Of a DNA stretch of 64,000 nt, positions 1-13,000 are shown piece by piece. Position numbers and translations under genes: made by a program. Location of the stretch: NCBI GenBank assembly GCA_002269645.1, contig NIVC01003030.1, positions 60,468-124,467 of the forward strand. Direction: 5' to 3'. Below the pieces are notes generated by a model. That model saw only the letters and a program-made list of their open reading frames with translations, was not told the DNA's origin and searched no databases. Numbering within the stretch: the stretch's first letter is position 1; every line of letters starts with the position of its first letter. This stretch comes from Macrostomum lignano (lineage: Eukaryota).

Positions 1-300
1 TTGGGATCTCAGAATGTGAGATTTGGATTTCTAAATGTGGGATTGGGATTTCTGAATGTCAGATTTGATTTCTAAATGTGGGATTGGGATCTCAGAATGT
101 GAGATTTGGATTTCTGAATGTGGAATTGGGATTTCAGAAAGTGGGATTGGGTTTTCTGAATGTGGGATTGGGATTACCGAATGGGGGATCGGGATTTCAG
201 AATGTAGAATCGGGATTTCTGAATTAGGGACTGGGATTTGAAAATGACGGGTTGGGATAGCAGAATGGGGGCTTATGATTTAAGAAGGTGGGATCAGAAA
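1..300. repeat. Degenerate minisatellite (TGTGGGATTGGGATTTCTGAA-like), MDN1 intron
   Basis: Visible tandem units. Confidence 0.85.
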
Positions 301-325
301 TTCTCAGGTGGCAGGAAATTCTCAC

Positions 326-3300
326 CAGAAGTTCGGCGGGCACTTTAGCACCGGATCCGCCGTCACCTATCCAGTGCGGACGGTGGCAGCCTATCAGCTG
401 TCCGGCCAGCAGCCGCAGCCCGTCAAGCAATGAAAGCTCGGATTGAGTCGGCATCACAGAGGACGAACTCTGGTCGAGTACGGCGCCAGCCGAAGCAGTC
501 AGGTAACGGCCAGCCAGCTCAGCTGATTTCGCCGATCGTCCACCCGGGCCAGAGGACAGTTGACTCGCCGGTCACCATGGTAACAAAGCAGCATAGCGGA
601 CAGAGATTGGTTGGCCCGGCTAAACCCGGGGCTGAAGTCGGACACATCGCCGCCGGGCTCCATGCAGATGTCGCCGTCATTGTCGACCGACGCATCGGCG
701 TAGTCGCAGCGGATCAGCGCGGACTGCCAGGACCAATCGTTGATGTGCTGGCCGAGCAGCAGCCGGTCTATGATGAAATCCCGGCACGACTGTCGGAGAG
801 GTCATAGTTGAACATAATAATGGTCATTGGTTCAGTAAGATCAATATGGCTCAAAGTCATGCTGGTACAAAAACAGTACCGGTATATGATAAGTGGTAAA
901 ATAACGCCCTAGTACATGTATAAGATCGCACTGAGAATTTTACAAGATCACATACAGGTAAAATATCACACACAGGTACAAGATCACACACAGGTACAAG
1001 ATCACACACAGGTACAAGATCACACACAGGTACAAAATCACACTTGGCCCAAGACTCAAACAGTCAGTACTCTCACATCAAAGTGTTCGGACGGCCGGCC
1101 GGGCTGGCCGAAGCCGCGCATCGCCAGAGCGGCCGGCAGCAGCAGCAGCAGCCGGTCGGCCTGACAATCGATTTGACGAAATCGCGCTCGAATCGGCAGC
1201 AGTCGGAGTAGCTCGCGAGCAGTAGCAGCCGGCGACGCCGAGTCGCGTTGATCATCGTCGGCTGCGGACGCAGACAACAGCGCCAGTTGATCGTCGCCAG
1301 AATCAACAGCGGCGTCGGCATCGAGCAGGTCGGATTTCTCGGCCAGCCGTAGGAGCAGCGGCCCGGCGGCGAGGCCAACCGCGCGCCTGCTGGGCAGCCG
1401 GATGCAGCGGACCAGCTCGCCGACGCGCAAAGCCCGACAGAGGCGACGCCAGTCGAGCGGGCCAGTCAGCACAGGAGGATTCAACAGGCTGTACACCTGC
1501 TCCCAAGGCGGCCCGACGGCTGAGACAGCTGATTGAGTCAGAGACGACGATGACAGGCAAGCGTTGATTCGGTGCTCAACGTCGACAAGGTGTCGACGAT
1601 AAGCCGATGACGACGTCGACGAGCCATCGCCGCAGCCGGGAAGAATGGAGGGCAATATGCGGCTGCGCAAGCTGGCCAAAGCCTGGGCTACGCAGCGCTC
1701 GCATTGGCTAGCGCCGGACACCGGCTGGCTGTACAGCAGGTGTAGAGTGCGCTTCAGCTACGGGGATTAGCGGCGGGTTGTTATGACCTCTGTGGCCTGT
1801 GTAAACCCGCAGACAGACATGTGGGGCAAACACCGGGGGTCAAGCTGTCTACAGTAGGGTCAATAATTAGGAGTCAGGTTACGCCGCCGGTGAAAAAATC
1901 GGGGTCATGTGCTTGGAGGGAGAAAACTGGTAAAAGGCAAACGTTTGAATAACCACTTATAAAAGATAAGCTACTTATAGTAGCAGTGAAGAAAGGAACC
2001 TCAAAAACAGCAGCTGGCAGGCTGCTAATAGGCCCAATTAGGTCGGAGTCGTCGACGCCGGCAGTCAGCAGGTCGCGCAGGCCGCCCAGCAAGGCATCAG
2101 CGGCGGTCATCGCCGGTTCAAGAGCTGCTCGTTCGCGTCGGGTCAGCCGCTGCCGTTTGCCATCGACAAGACGGGCCTTCAACGACATCACGGAAGCCGC
2201 TGTCAGAGCAGATTCGGACTTTGAAGCGTCTGGCTGGTTCGTCGTCATGATCAGACGAGCCTCCGCCTCCGCCAGAGTCAGCAGAGCCCGCATGCCCAAC
2301 TGGTGTCGATCGAGAGCGGCAAAACAGGCGCTTGTCGCTGATTGGTCGTCGTCGTTGGCGTGGGCGTCGGCCAGCACGAATGGCAGCACGCGGACATCGA
2401 CTGGATCGGCAAGGTCAACCAGATCGTGTCGGCGACAATAGGCGGCGATGGAGTGTACGGCCGGAGTTGAAGACATCAGCCGGGCGATGTCGGCGGCTGG
2501 GAACACGCTGGAGACAATCTGGTTGTCGGCGAAGGCCTTCAAATAATGATTGGAAAAGAAAAATGTGAAGGCAGGTTAAAAACAAATAGTCTAATATATA
2601 GATGCGGAGTTAATTCAGAGCAGCCTGCGTACTAACTGCTGCGAAATCTGCTTAACTTTCAGTGGGTTAGACTTAGACACCCCAAACTGGTTCTTATCGA
2701 ACGATCTTTTGAAAATGTTCAATTAAACTATACCAAATGATGCCTAACGCTCTACTTACAGTAGTAATACAATACAAGCATTCCTAGATAGGCTTTCGAT
2801 TGCGCCGACTCACCTTAGCCAGCGCGTCGAGTCGTTGCGGCAGGTCCCGAGCCGAAGACCATTCTAAATAGAGTTCAGCCGTTGCTAAGCAACCAGAATC
2901 GGTTGGCAGAAGCCACAACGGCCCGGCCAGACTGAGGATTAGACGGAGGCCGGCGTCGGCCAGGCAGGCGGTCGGGTCGGCCAGCAGCTCGGACAGTCGA
3001 ATTGGCGGCGTTGGCGGTGGCGAGATGACCGGACCAGTTGGCAGAGCCGACAGACTGCAACCGGCATCGACAATGGCGTCGATGGCAGCGCGCACCGCCC
3101 GAGCAGCGGCGTCGGAGAGTTGTCGATCGGCGTAGACGCCTTCCAGCACCAGACGGAGCAGCCGGTTGGCGGCCGCAGGAGCTTCTTCGCTGACAACGTC
3201 AGGAGCTAACAGTTTCCGACGCTTTGACTTTCGACGAGTTTTCGACTTTACCGATGCGTCGACAGCGTCAGCGGCCCGCAGCAGCAGGCGACAAGCCGAC

Positions 3301-4012
3301 AGCAGATCGGTGAGCGGCGGCGTCGGCGTTAAACTGCAGTGCAAGCGTAGCGCCAACTTTGTGGCCGAGCTCTGTCCGAGCCCGGACACCAGGTCGGCCG
3401 CTCCGTCCGGCGGCAGGGGATCGATCCAAATCTCGGCGCAGCGATTTCGCATGGCGCGCGACAGTTCGCCGAATTTCGGATCCGACGCCAGGAACAGGCG
3501 GAACTCCGGGTGCGGCGACACTTCGTCGCCGTCGCCGTCTATGTCGCCGCCGCGTTCGGTGAGGTAAAGCCGACCGTCCGGCTCCAGCAGGGAGTTCAGC
3601 CGGTCCAGCACGGCAACTCCGCAGTGATTTGCCGAGTCCAACAGCAGCCAGTCGCCTTCGCGAACAGCCCGAACTAATTGACTGTCGCGCCAGCGAAATC
3701 TGACAGAGGCGGCGCCGTTTGATGAAGCCGCCGTCGAGTCGGTCGACAGGCGGAGCTCGCGCCATTGTCGTGCGACAGTGTTCAGCCGGCCGCGCAACTC
3801 ATCGGGACAGTGAGCCTCCAGCGCGGTCAGGAGCTCGCCGAGTAGTCTGGTCTGCTCAGATTCGTTAGCGACCTACAGGAGTGTAGGATAAGAATTGGCG
3901 AGTGCTGTTACTGGGGAGGCCATCCTGTTTGACTTAATGAGCTCGTAAAAACGAGAACAAAAGTGAATTGGAAGTTTTGTGAAATCAGTTTTAAAGGCTT
4001 AGCAGACAGACG

Positions 4013-4074
<62 letters not shown>

Positions 4075-7000
4075 ACGACAGACAGACAGACAGACAAAAA
4101 AACAGACAAGAGGACAGACAGACAGAAACTAAGACAGACAGACAGACAGAAACTAAGACAGACAGACAGACAGAAACTAAGACAGACAGACAGACAGGCA
4201 GACAGACGGACAGACAGACACACAGACAGACAGACAGGACAGACGGACAGACAACCAATGTATCGCAGCTCACCTGCTCATTCTCAGCGTCTCCAAGCGC
4301 TTTGCGCGCCAACATCAGCGCCGTCTTGCCAGCAGAGTTGCGCGATTTACTCAACAACCGCGCCGCATCGCGCGCTAACGAGCGAGCCCGGCGCGCCAGC
4401 TGGCGCCGCTCCCTGCCCGGCTCGGTCTGCTCGTAGCCGCCAACCAGATCACCAGTGTCCATGCCGGCGCTAAGAGGCATGACGCGGAGCCGCCTGCCGC
4501 ACAGGCCGGCCAGCAGGCGCACCAGCCGGGTTTTGCCGGCCGCCTCCGGCCCGATAAGCGAGGCCGGCCAGCCGAACCTGACGCAGTGTAGCAGCGACTC
4601 CAGGGCGCCAAGCTGGTGCCGAAGCAGGTAGGCTTCGTCGTTAGTTGTATCGCTGATTCTACTGACACTGTGTTGCCTAGCAACCCGTGCGGCGCCAACG
4701 GTCACGTGAGTATTAGTAACGTGAAGCATAGTCGGCCAAGGATAAACAGGATTAGCGGATTCGTCTGGGAAAACTTCCCTGTAGAGATCGGCCACTCGGC
4801 GGCGATCTTCTCGACAGCGCATCCGGCCGGAGTACACCAGGCGGAGGAACAGGCCCGGCTGGCAGCGTCGCCTACCCCCGTCGCCATGGAGACGTAGGGC
4901 TTCGCACCAGCGGAATACGTCGCGCAAATTGAATTCCCATGGCGAGCCGGCGAGGCCGAACGAACGGTCGACGGATACGCGCTGTTGAAGCTGCTCAAGA
5001 ATGGAGTTGGTTGCTCTTAGTGTGTAAGTGCTTTACCTACTCATTTTACACAAGCAATATTGGGAGCCACGAAAGGAACTCACAACAGATCGACCCACTT
5101 AAGGACCACTTTAGCTTGACCCACTCATCAAGGACCACTATAGCTTGACCCACTCATCAAGGACCACTATAGCTTGACCCACTCATCAAGGACCACTATA
5201 GCTTGACCCACTCATCAAGGACCACTTTAGCTTGACCCACTCATCAAGGACCACTATAGCTTGACCCACTCATCAAGGACCACTATAGCTTGACCCACTC
5301 ATCAAGGACCACTATAGCTTGACCCACTCATCAAGGACCACTATAGCTTGACCCAGTAATCAAAGACAACTATAGCTTTTTGATCCACTCAAGGACCACT
5401 TTAGCTTGACCACTCATCAATGACTTGACCACTCAAGGACTAAGTCAAGGACTAAGTAGGTCAAGCTAAAGTGGTCCTTGAGTGAGTCAAAAAGCTATAG
5501 TTGTTTTTGATAGCTTGACCACTCAAGGGCCATTATAGCTTGAGCTTACGCATCAATCAAGGACTACTATAGCTTGACCCAATCAAGGACCAGTAAAGCT
5601 TGACTCCACTTAAAAACTCGCTTAAGGACAACTAGCTAGACTGACTAAATTCAGAAGCAGAAGGATAAAGCACAAAAACTGAGTCAACTCAGCTCACCAA
5701 ACAGTTGAATCGAATCATGCTCTCTAATGTGTCAGACGGCAGCGGCAGTTCGGCGTAGACAGCGCCCGCCACGGTCAGCTGATCGGCCGGGGTCAGCGGG
5801 GTCAGGTGCACCTGTACAAACCGATTGACAAAGGAGCGCGGCAGGCACTTCCTACCGCCGCCCTCCCTAGCCGGATTCTGGCAGGCAAAGATGCGAGTCC
5901 GGCCCGACTGTACAGTAAATGCCCGATTCAATTCCGGAACGAATATTTCTCCGCGGTGATCTAGGCAAGAGTTCAGGCCTTCCAGCACCGATTGGCTGGC
6001 CAGGTTCATCTCGTCTAGCACAACCCAATGGCCCAGCTGCAGAGCTCGCAGCAGCGGCCCGCTATGCCAGGCAAACCCTAATTCACCCTCTTTCGGCAAG
6101 TCGCTGCCAAACAGGTCGGCAACGTCGGTGTGCTCGGACAGGTTGATTCGAACGAGTCGATGGCCGCTAGCCTTGGCCAGAGCGGCCACTAGGCTGGTCT
6201 TGCCGACTCCGGGCGAGCCTTCCAGCAGTACAGGCCGGCTGCCGGGCAGTTGAAGGGCTCGCAATAGTCGGCGACAATTGGCGTTGGGGGTGGGCGCCGA
6301 CAGGCTGAAGTCCGGCGTCGGCTGGGGATTCTGGCCTGCGATTGAAGATGGCATTTTCGTTCGGTTTTTATGCGATTCTGAGGTGATTTTGATGTGATTC
6401 TGAGGTGATTTTGATGCGAATCTGAGGTGATTTTGATGCGAATCTGAGGTGATTTTGATGTGATTCTGAGGTGATTTTGATGCGAATCTGAGGTGATTTT
6501 GATGCGAATCTGAGGTGATTTTGATGTGATTCTGAGGTGATTTTGATGCGAATCTGAGGTGATTTTGATGTGATTCTGAGGTGATTTTGATGTAATTCTG
6601 GAGTGATTTTGATGCGATTCTGAGGTGATTTTGATGTGATTCTGAGGTGATTTTGATGCGAATCTGAGGTGATTTTGATGTGATTCTGAGGTGATTTTGA
6701 TGCGATTCTGAGGTGATTTTGATGCGAATCTGAGGTGATTTTGATGTGATTCTGAGGTGATTTTGATGCGATTCTGAGGTGATTTTGATGTGATTCTGAG
6801 GTGATTTTGATGTGATTCTGAGGTGATTTTGATGCGAATCTGAGGTGATTTTGATGTGATTCTGAGGTGATTTTGATGCGATTCTGAGGTGATTTTGATG
6901 TGATTCTGAGGTGATTTTGATGTGATTCTGAGGTGATTTTGATGTGATTCTGAGGTGATTTTGATGTGATTCTGAGGTGATTTTGATGCGATTCTGAGGT

Positions 7001-10000
7001 GATTTTGATGCGAATCTGAGGTGATTTTGATGTGATTCTGGGGTGATTTTGATGCGATTCTGAGGTGATTTTGATGCGATTCTGAGGTGACTTTGAGGTG
7101 ATTCTGAGGTGATTCTGGGGTGATTTTGATGCGATTCTGAGGTGATTCTGAGGTGATTCTGGGGTGATTTTGATGTGATTCTGGAGTGATTTTGATGTGA
7201 CTCTGGAGTGATTTTGATGTGATTCTGGAGTGATTTTGATGCGATTCTGGGGTGATTTTGATGTAATTCTGGAGTGATTTTGATGTGATTCTGGGGTGAT
7301 TTTGATGTGACTCTGGGGTGATTTTGATGTGATTCTGGAGTGATTTTGATGTGACTCTGGGGTGATTTTGATGTGATTCTGGAGTGATTTTGATGCGATT
7401 CTGGAGTGATTTTGATGTGACTCTGGGGTGATTTTATCCGATTTTGGGGTGATTTTTATGTGATTTTGAGGTGGTTTTGATGTGATTCTGGGGTGATTTT
7501 GATGTGATTCTGGGGTGATTTTGATGTGACTCTGGGGTGATTTTGATGTGATTCTGGAGTGATTTTGATGTGACTCTGGGGTGATTTTGATGTGATTCTG
7601 GAGTGATTTTGATGCGATTCTGGAGTGATTTTGATGTGACTCTGGGGTGATTTTATCCGATTTTGGGGTGATTTTTATGTGATTTTGAGGTGGTTTTGAT
7701 GTGATTCTGGGGTGATTTTGATGTGACTCTGGGGTGATTTTGATGTAATTCTGGAGTGATTTTGATGTAATTCTGGAGTGATTTCGATGTAATTCTGAAG
7801 TTATTTTGATGTGACTCCGGGGTGATTTTGATGTGATTCTGGAGTGATTTTGATGCGATTCTGGAGTGATTTTGATGTGACTCTGGGGTGATTTTGACGT
7901 GATTCTGGAGTGATTTTGATGTGACTCTGGGGTGATTTTATCCGATTTTGGGGTGATTTTTATGTGATTTTGAGGTGGTTTTGATGTGATTCTGGGGTGA
8001 TTTTGATGTGACTCTGGGGTGATTTTGATGTAATTCTGGAGTGATTTTGATGTAATTCTGGAGTGATTTTGATGTAATTCTGGAGTGATTTTGATGTAAT
8101 TCTGAAGTTATTTTGATGTGACTCCGGGGTGATTTTGATGTGATTCTGGAGTGATTTTGATGCGATTCTGGAGTGATTTTGATGTGACTCTGGGGTGATT
8201 TTGATGTGATTCTGCAGTGATTTTGATGCGATTCTGGAGTGATTTTGATGTAATTCTGGAGTGATTTCGATGTGATCCTGGGTTGAGGTGGGTGGGGTGT
8301 CCCGGGTGATACTCGAATCACAGTGCAAGTGCCATCTGTGGTACGCATTCTCTCACCCATATCAATAAAAAATGGCTCAATGCCAAACTGCCGCTCCTCA
8401 ACAGAGACAGTCAGTGGCAGCACGGAGCCAGGCTTGGCTGACTCAACAAACGGTCGGACAATTTTAGCCTCAAACGATTTGGCAGTGTACAGGCCGGCAG
8501 AGAGGCAGCAGGAGCGGAGCTGGGCGACCGCCTCAGAGAGCAGTCTTGCGGTCACTGATTGGTCAGCGGCTGGCAGGTTTAATAGAAATATAATGATTAG
8601 GGCGGCTATAGGATGTAAGTAGACATCCTTTTACAGAACCTCTAAACCTTTCTATTTCATATCTTCTATACATAGCGACTTTTTAAAGCTAGCATATTCT
8701 TCACTTTATTGCAAGTACGCCATTTTAAAAAGCACAATACACCTGCATTAAAAGTGAAGTGTCATTTCTATAGCGAAAAGTGCCATTTTCTAAGTAGATA
8801 GTGCTATTTTTAAAGTGGAAATCGTCACTTTCTAAGTGGAAAGCGCCATTTCCAAAGTGAAAATGCCATTTTCAAAGCAGAAAGCGCCATTTCCAAAGTA
8901 AAAAGTGCCATTTTCAAAGCAGAAAGCGCCATTTTCAAAGTGAAAAGCGCCATTTCCAAAGTGAAAACCGCCATTTCCAACGTGAAAAGTGCCGTTTTCA
9001 AAGCAGAAAGCGCCATTTCCTAAGTAAAAAGTGCCATTTCCAAAGCAGAAAGCGCCATTTCCAACGAGAAAAGTGCCATTTCCAAAGTGAAAAGCGCCAT
9101 TTCCAACGTGAAAAGTGCCGTTTTCAAAGCAGAAAGCGTCATTTCCAACGTGAAAAGTGCCATTTTCAAAGCAGAAGCGCAATTTCCAACGTGAAAAGTG
9201 TTATTTTCAAAGCAGAAAGCGCCATTTCCAAAGTGAAAAGCGCCATTTTCAAAGTGAAAAGCGCCATTTCCAAAGTGAAAAGCGCCATTTCCAACGTGAA
9301 AAGTGCCGTTTTCAAAGCATAAAGCGTCATTTCCAACGTGAAAAGTGCCATTTTCAAAGCAGAAGCGCAATTTCCAACGTGAAAAGTGTTATTTTCAAAG
9401 CAGAAAGCGCCATTTCCAAAGTGAAAAGCGCCATTTTCAAAGTGAAAAGCGCCATTTCCAAAGTGAAAAGCGCCATTTCCAACGTGAAAAGTGCCGTTTT
9501 CAAAGCAGAAAGCGTCATTTCCAACGTGAAAAGTGCCATTTTCAAAGCAGAAGCGCAATTTCCAACGTGAAAAGTGTTATTTTCAAAGCAGAAAGCGCCA
9601 TTTCCAAAGTGAAAATGCCATTTCAAACTGTAAAGTGCCGATTTACATACGACAACACTCACCGTCCCCAAGCGGATCCAGGCAGGTCATCTGGTAGCCG
9701 TGCAGGAAGGCCAGCTCAGCTGGCAGCCGGTCAGCTTGCCGACGCTGCCTAACGAAGGCCACCCAGACCAGGGCGGTGCGGGCGCTCACAGTCAGCCGGC
9801 CATCGTCTGTTGGCGCCGCCTTGGCCGCTTCGGTCAGCAGGTCGGCCATAGGCTTGGCCAGATGGGCCAACTGTTGGCCAAGATTTCTGGCTACAATCGG
9901 CAGCAGAGAGGCCGGCTGAGGACACCAGATCTCCGTGAACCGGTTGCGCAAAGCCGGTGATAGTTCCTTTTTGCCGAAATCGCCGCCAGGGTTCATTGTG

Positions 10001-13000
10001 GCCACTAGGCGAAATTCTGGCAAAGCTTTCAATACTTCGACTGTGTTGCCGCCGTCGCCGGTGCGAGAGCGCTCGGCCAGCACCAGCTCGCGCTCCGGCT
10101 CCAGCACGCTGTTCAGTCGCTCCAGCACCGAGTCGTCAGCTAAGGAGATCTCGTCAACTAGAAGGTCGGCGCCGCGGCGCATCGCCTGGACTAGGACTCC
10201 GTCGACCCATTCAAACATTGGAATGACCGGCTGCGACTGTTGCTCCTCCGAGGCTGAAATTTATTATAGTAGAGTACACTTTAGTTTTAATTCCAAAAAC
10301 TATGCATGCTACTTACAACGAACCTAAGTAGTGTAACTAGTGCGTGTACAGTAAAATCAAATGCGAAGCATAAATTGACGTTAAACTCGTCTATCTTATC
10401 TCATATCATCATACAATTTCAGAGACCAAATGAGGGGGATAGAGAGAGAGAGAAGATGAGAGAAGAGGATAGAGAGCTGAGAAGAGACCTTGAGCGACCC
10501 CCCGACATTGGACCCATTTCATAATGTACACACACTCACCGTCAATCCGCCGCTCCCTGACAGGCCTCAGGCTGCCAAGAAAGTCAGCAGCCTCAGTATT
10601 CATGTGACAATTCAGTGTCAGCAGATCCTGGCGCCGCATTTCAGCCAGAGCTTGGCACACCGTAGTCTTGCCAACGCCTGTCGGTCCGACCAGCAGAGCC
10701 GGCTCGCCGAATTTCTGACAGTTGCCAAGCAGCACGCACAGCCGACGCAATTCGCGAGTCCAGGCCAGCTGCTGATGAGAAGCTTTATCATCACCAGCAT
10801 CAGCATCATTAGCCAGAGCAGTGCGACAGTCTGTTAAAATCTGCTTACTAACTGGCGATGTTTTATCGTGCAAATCGAACAGTTCCGACTCGGATAGGCG
10901 ACGTCGGAATACCGACTCCAGCACCGACTGGACGTCGGCAGCGTCGGTTGGATCGCGGGCCCGACCGGCTAGGAGCAGGTAGCCCTGCTCAGCTAGGAAC
11001 TGGTCCCAGTCGAACAGGGTCTGCTTTGAGTCTGCGAGTGAAGTAATGTTAATTTTGCTTTGAAGACCACATATTATAACGGGTGTTTAGTCAGGGACAG
11101 TGGCAGACGGTTGCAACTAACACAGGTAAAACTACAAGATGACACGGTACAAGTAGGCAAAAATTCATTAAAAAGTCGCCCAATCAATCTTTTTAAAACG
11201 TTTTATCGTTTGTAACTCTGAAACGCCTCTGGAGACGTACGTAGAGTCGCGCTTCTGCGTCAATTTCATGAATCAGAATCGTATTTCGCATTTATAACAA
11301 ACTCTATTTAGTCTACTTGACTTAGTAGACAGTTAAGCGCTAACAAAACGACTTTTGGACGAATTTTTTGCAACTCTCTTCTCTGTCGCATTACAACCGA
11401 TTTGAGTTGTTAAAAAGTCACAAGAGTCACTAGAGAGTTGTAATTGCAATGACTTTAGCGATTCTTGTCATGGTAACGTTTTCAACTGGGTGATTTAGCT
11501 GTTTAGTCTGTACCCTGTCTCTGTATAATTTATTAATTATTTTATTTATAGAATAGTCCCAAACAGACTACTGACGAGTAGAAAAAACACGATATTGGAG
11601 GAAAAGTTCACAAAAAAAGAATCCAAACCTGGCAAAGTAAACAGCCGATGCCGCTCAGCCCATCGGAACAGATCCCTGAGCGTGACAAATCCGTCCTTGC
11701 CCTGGAATATCCCCGTCCGCTTGCGCCTCGCCTGCAGCTGGTGCATTGCTTCTACTAGTTTAGCGCAACGCGACAACGGCAAGTCGCAACGCCGCTGCAG
11801 TATGAGCTCCAGCTCCGGCCTGGGTATCGGTTGAAAATGCAGCTCAACAAATCGATTGCGCAGAGCTCTGGACAGTCGTTTCCGACCGCCGTACAGGCCG
11901 GGCGGATTCTGAGTAGCAAACAGCATAAAGTGAGGATGAGCTCGGATCGTGTCTTGAGTCTCAGCTACGAATAGCTCACGATTGTCGTCTAGAACTCGAT
12001 TGAGAGCTTCGAGCACGTCGCTGGCCGCCAGGTTCAGTTCGTCTAGCACTATCCAGGAGCCGCGGCGCATCGCTTGCACGAGCGGGCCCTCCTGCAGGTG
12101 GAGGCCAGGGACTAGTTAGCAGAGGATAACTGGCAATTTCTGTTGCTAGGGTGGTTTAGCAAAGGCATCCTAATGGCCTAATTTGATAGGGGTAGTTTAG
12201 CAACAGCATCCTAATGGTCTAATTTGATGGGTAGTTTAGCAACAGCATCCTAATGGTCTAATTTGATGGGGTAGTTTAGCAACAGCATCCTAATGGCTCA
12301 ATAGTCACACTGAATGTATTATCCTTAGCTATTACATTCCAATAGCCAGACAGAGTGGGGCACCTTAAAACTACCACATTTGAATAGCCACAGAGACCAA
12401 CCTGAAACACGAGCCGGCCATCCCGGTCAGACGCATAGTTACCAACGTACTCAGCAATCTCGGTGTGCTCGTGATTATTAATCCGCAAGCACTCGTTGCC
12501 AGTCAGCTCAGCCAGGTAGCGGATTAGAGAAGTTTTACCAACGGAGGTTTCGCCTTGGATTAGCACGGGCAGACTGCCGGCTGACACGATCCGGGCTAAG
12601 CAACGGAGATTCTCTTTGATAGAGGCGGTCAGAACGTAGCGCGGCTGAGTGGCTGGCTGCAAAGGGCCGCGCCGGATCCAATAGTTCTCAACCAGGATGT
12701 AGCGACTGGCGCCGTCTTGGGTGCCGGCGTCGTCTATGGGCCTGGGCGGCGTCTGCGATGTTGAAAAAGAAAAGAAAAAGTCCGGTGATATTTTTAGATA
12801 ACGAACGCTTGCCCTACTATTAGTAGGGGGCAGAGCAGATCCCAAGTAAACGTGGGCGGAACCATATTCATTTGGCCTGAGAAGGTTGTCATGCGCGATT
12901 CACAGCCATGAGGGCCCACCCTGAAGGCACACAGAGAGTGTACATGCCTGACGATGCCTCAGAGTGTACATGCCTCACGTACACCCTGTGTGAGCGTGTG

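Noticed and set aside
495-505. In-frame TGA in the midasin exon as selenocysteine or readthrough
   Set aside because: A second TGA follows and the exon length is off by one, so a 1-nt indel explains it better.
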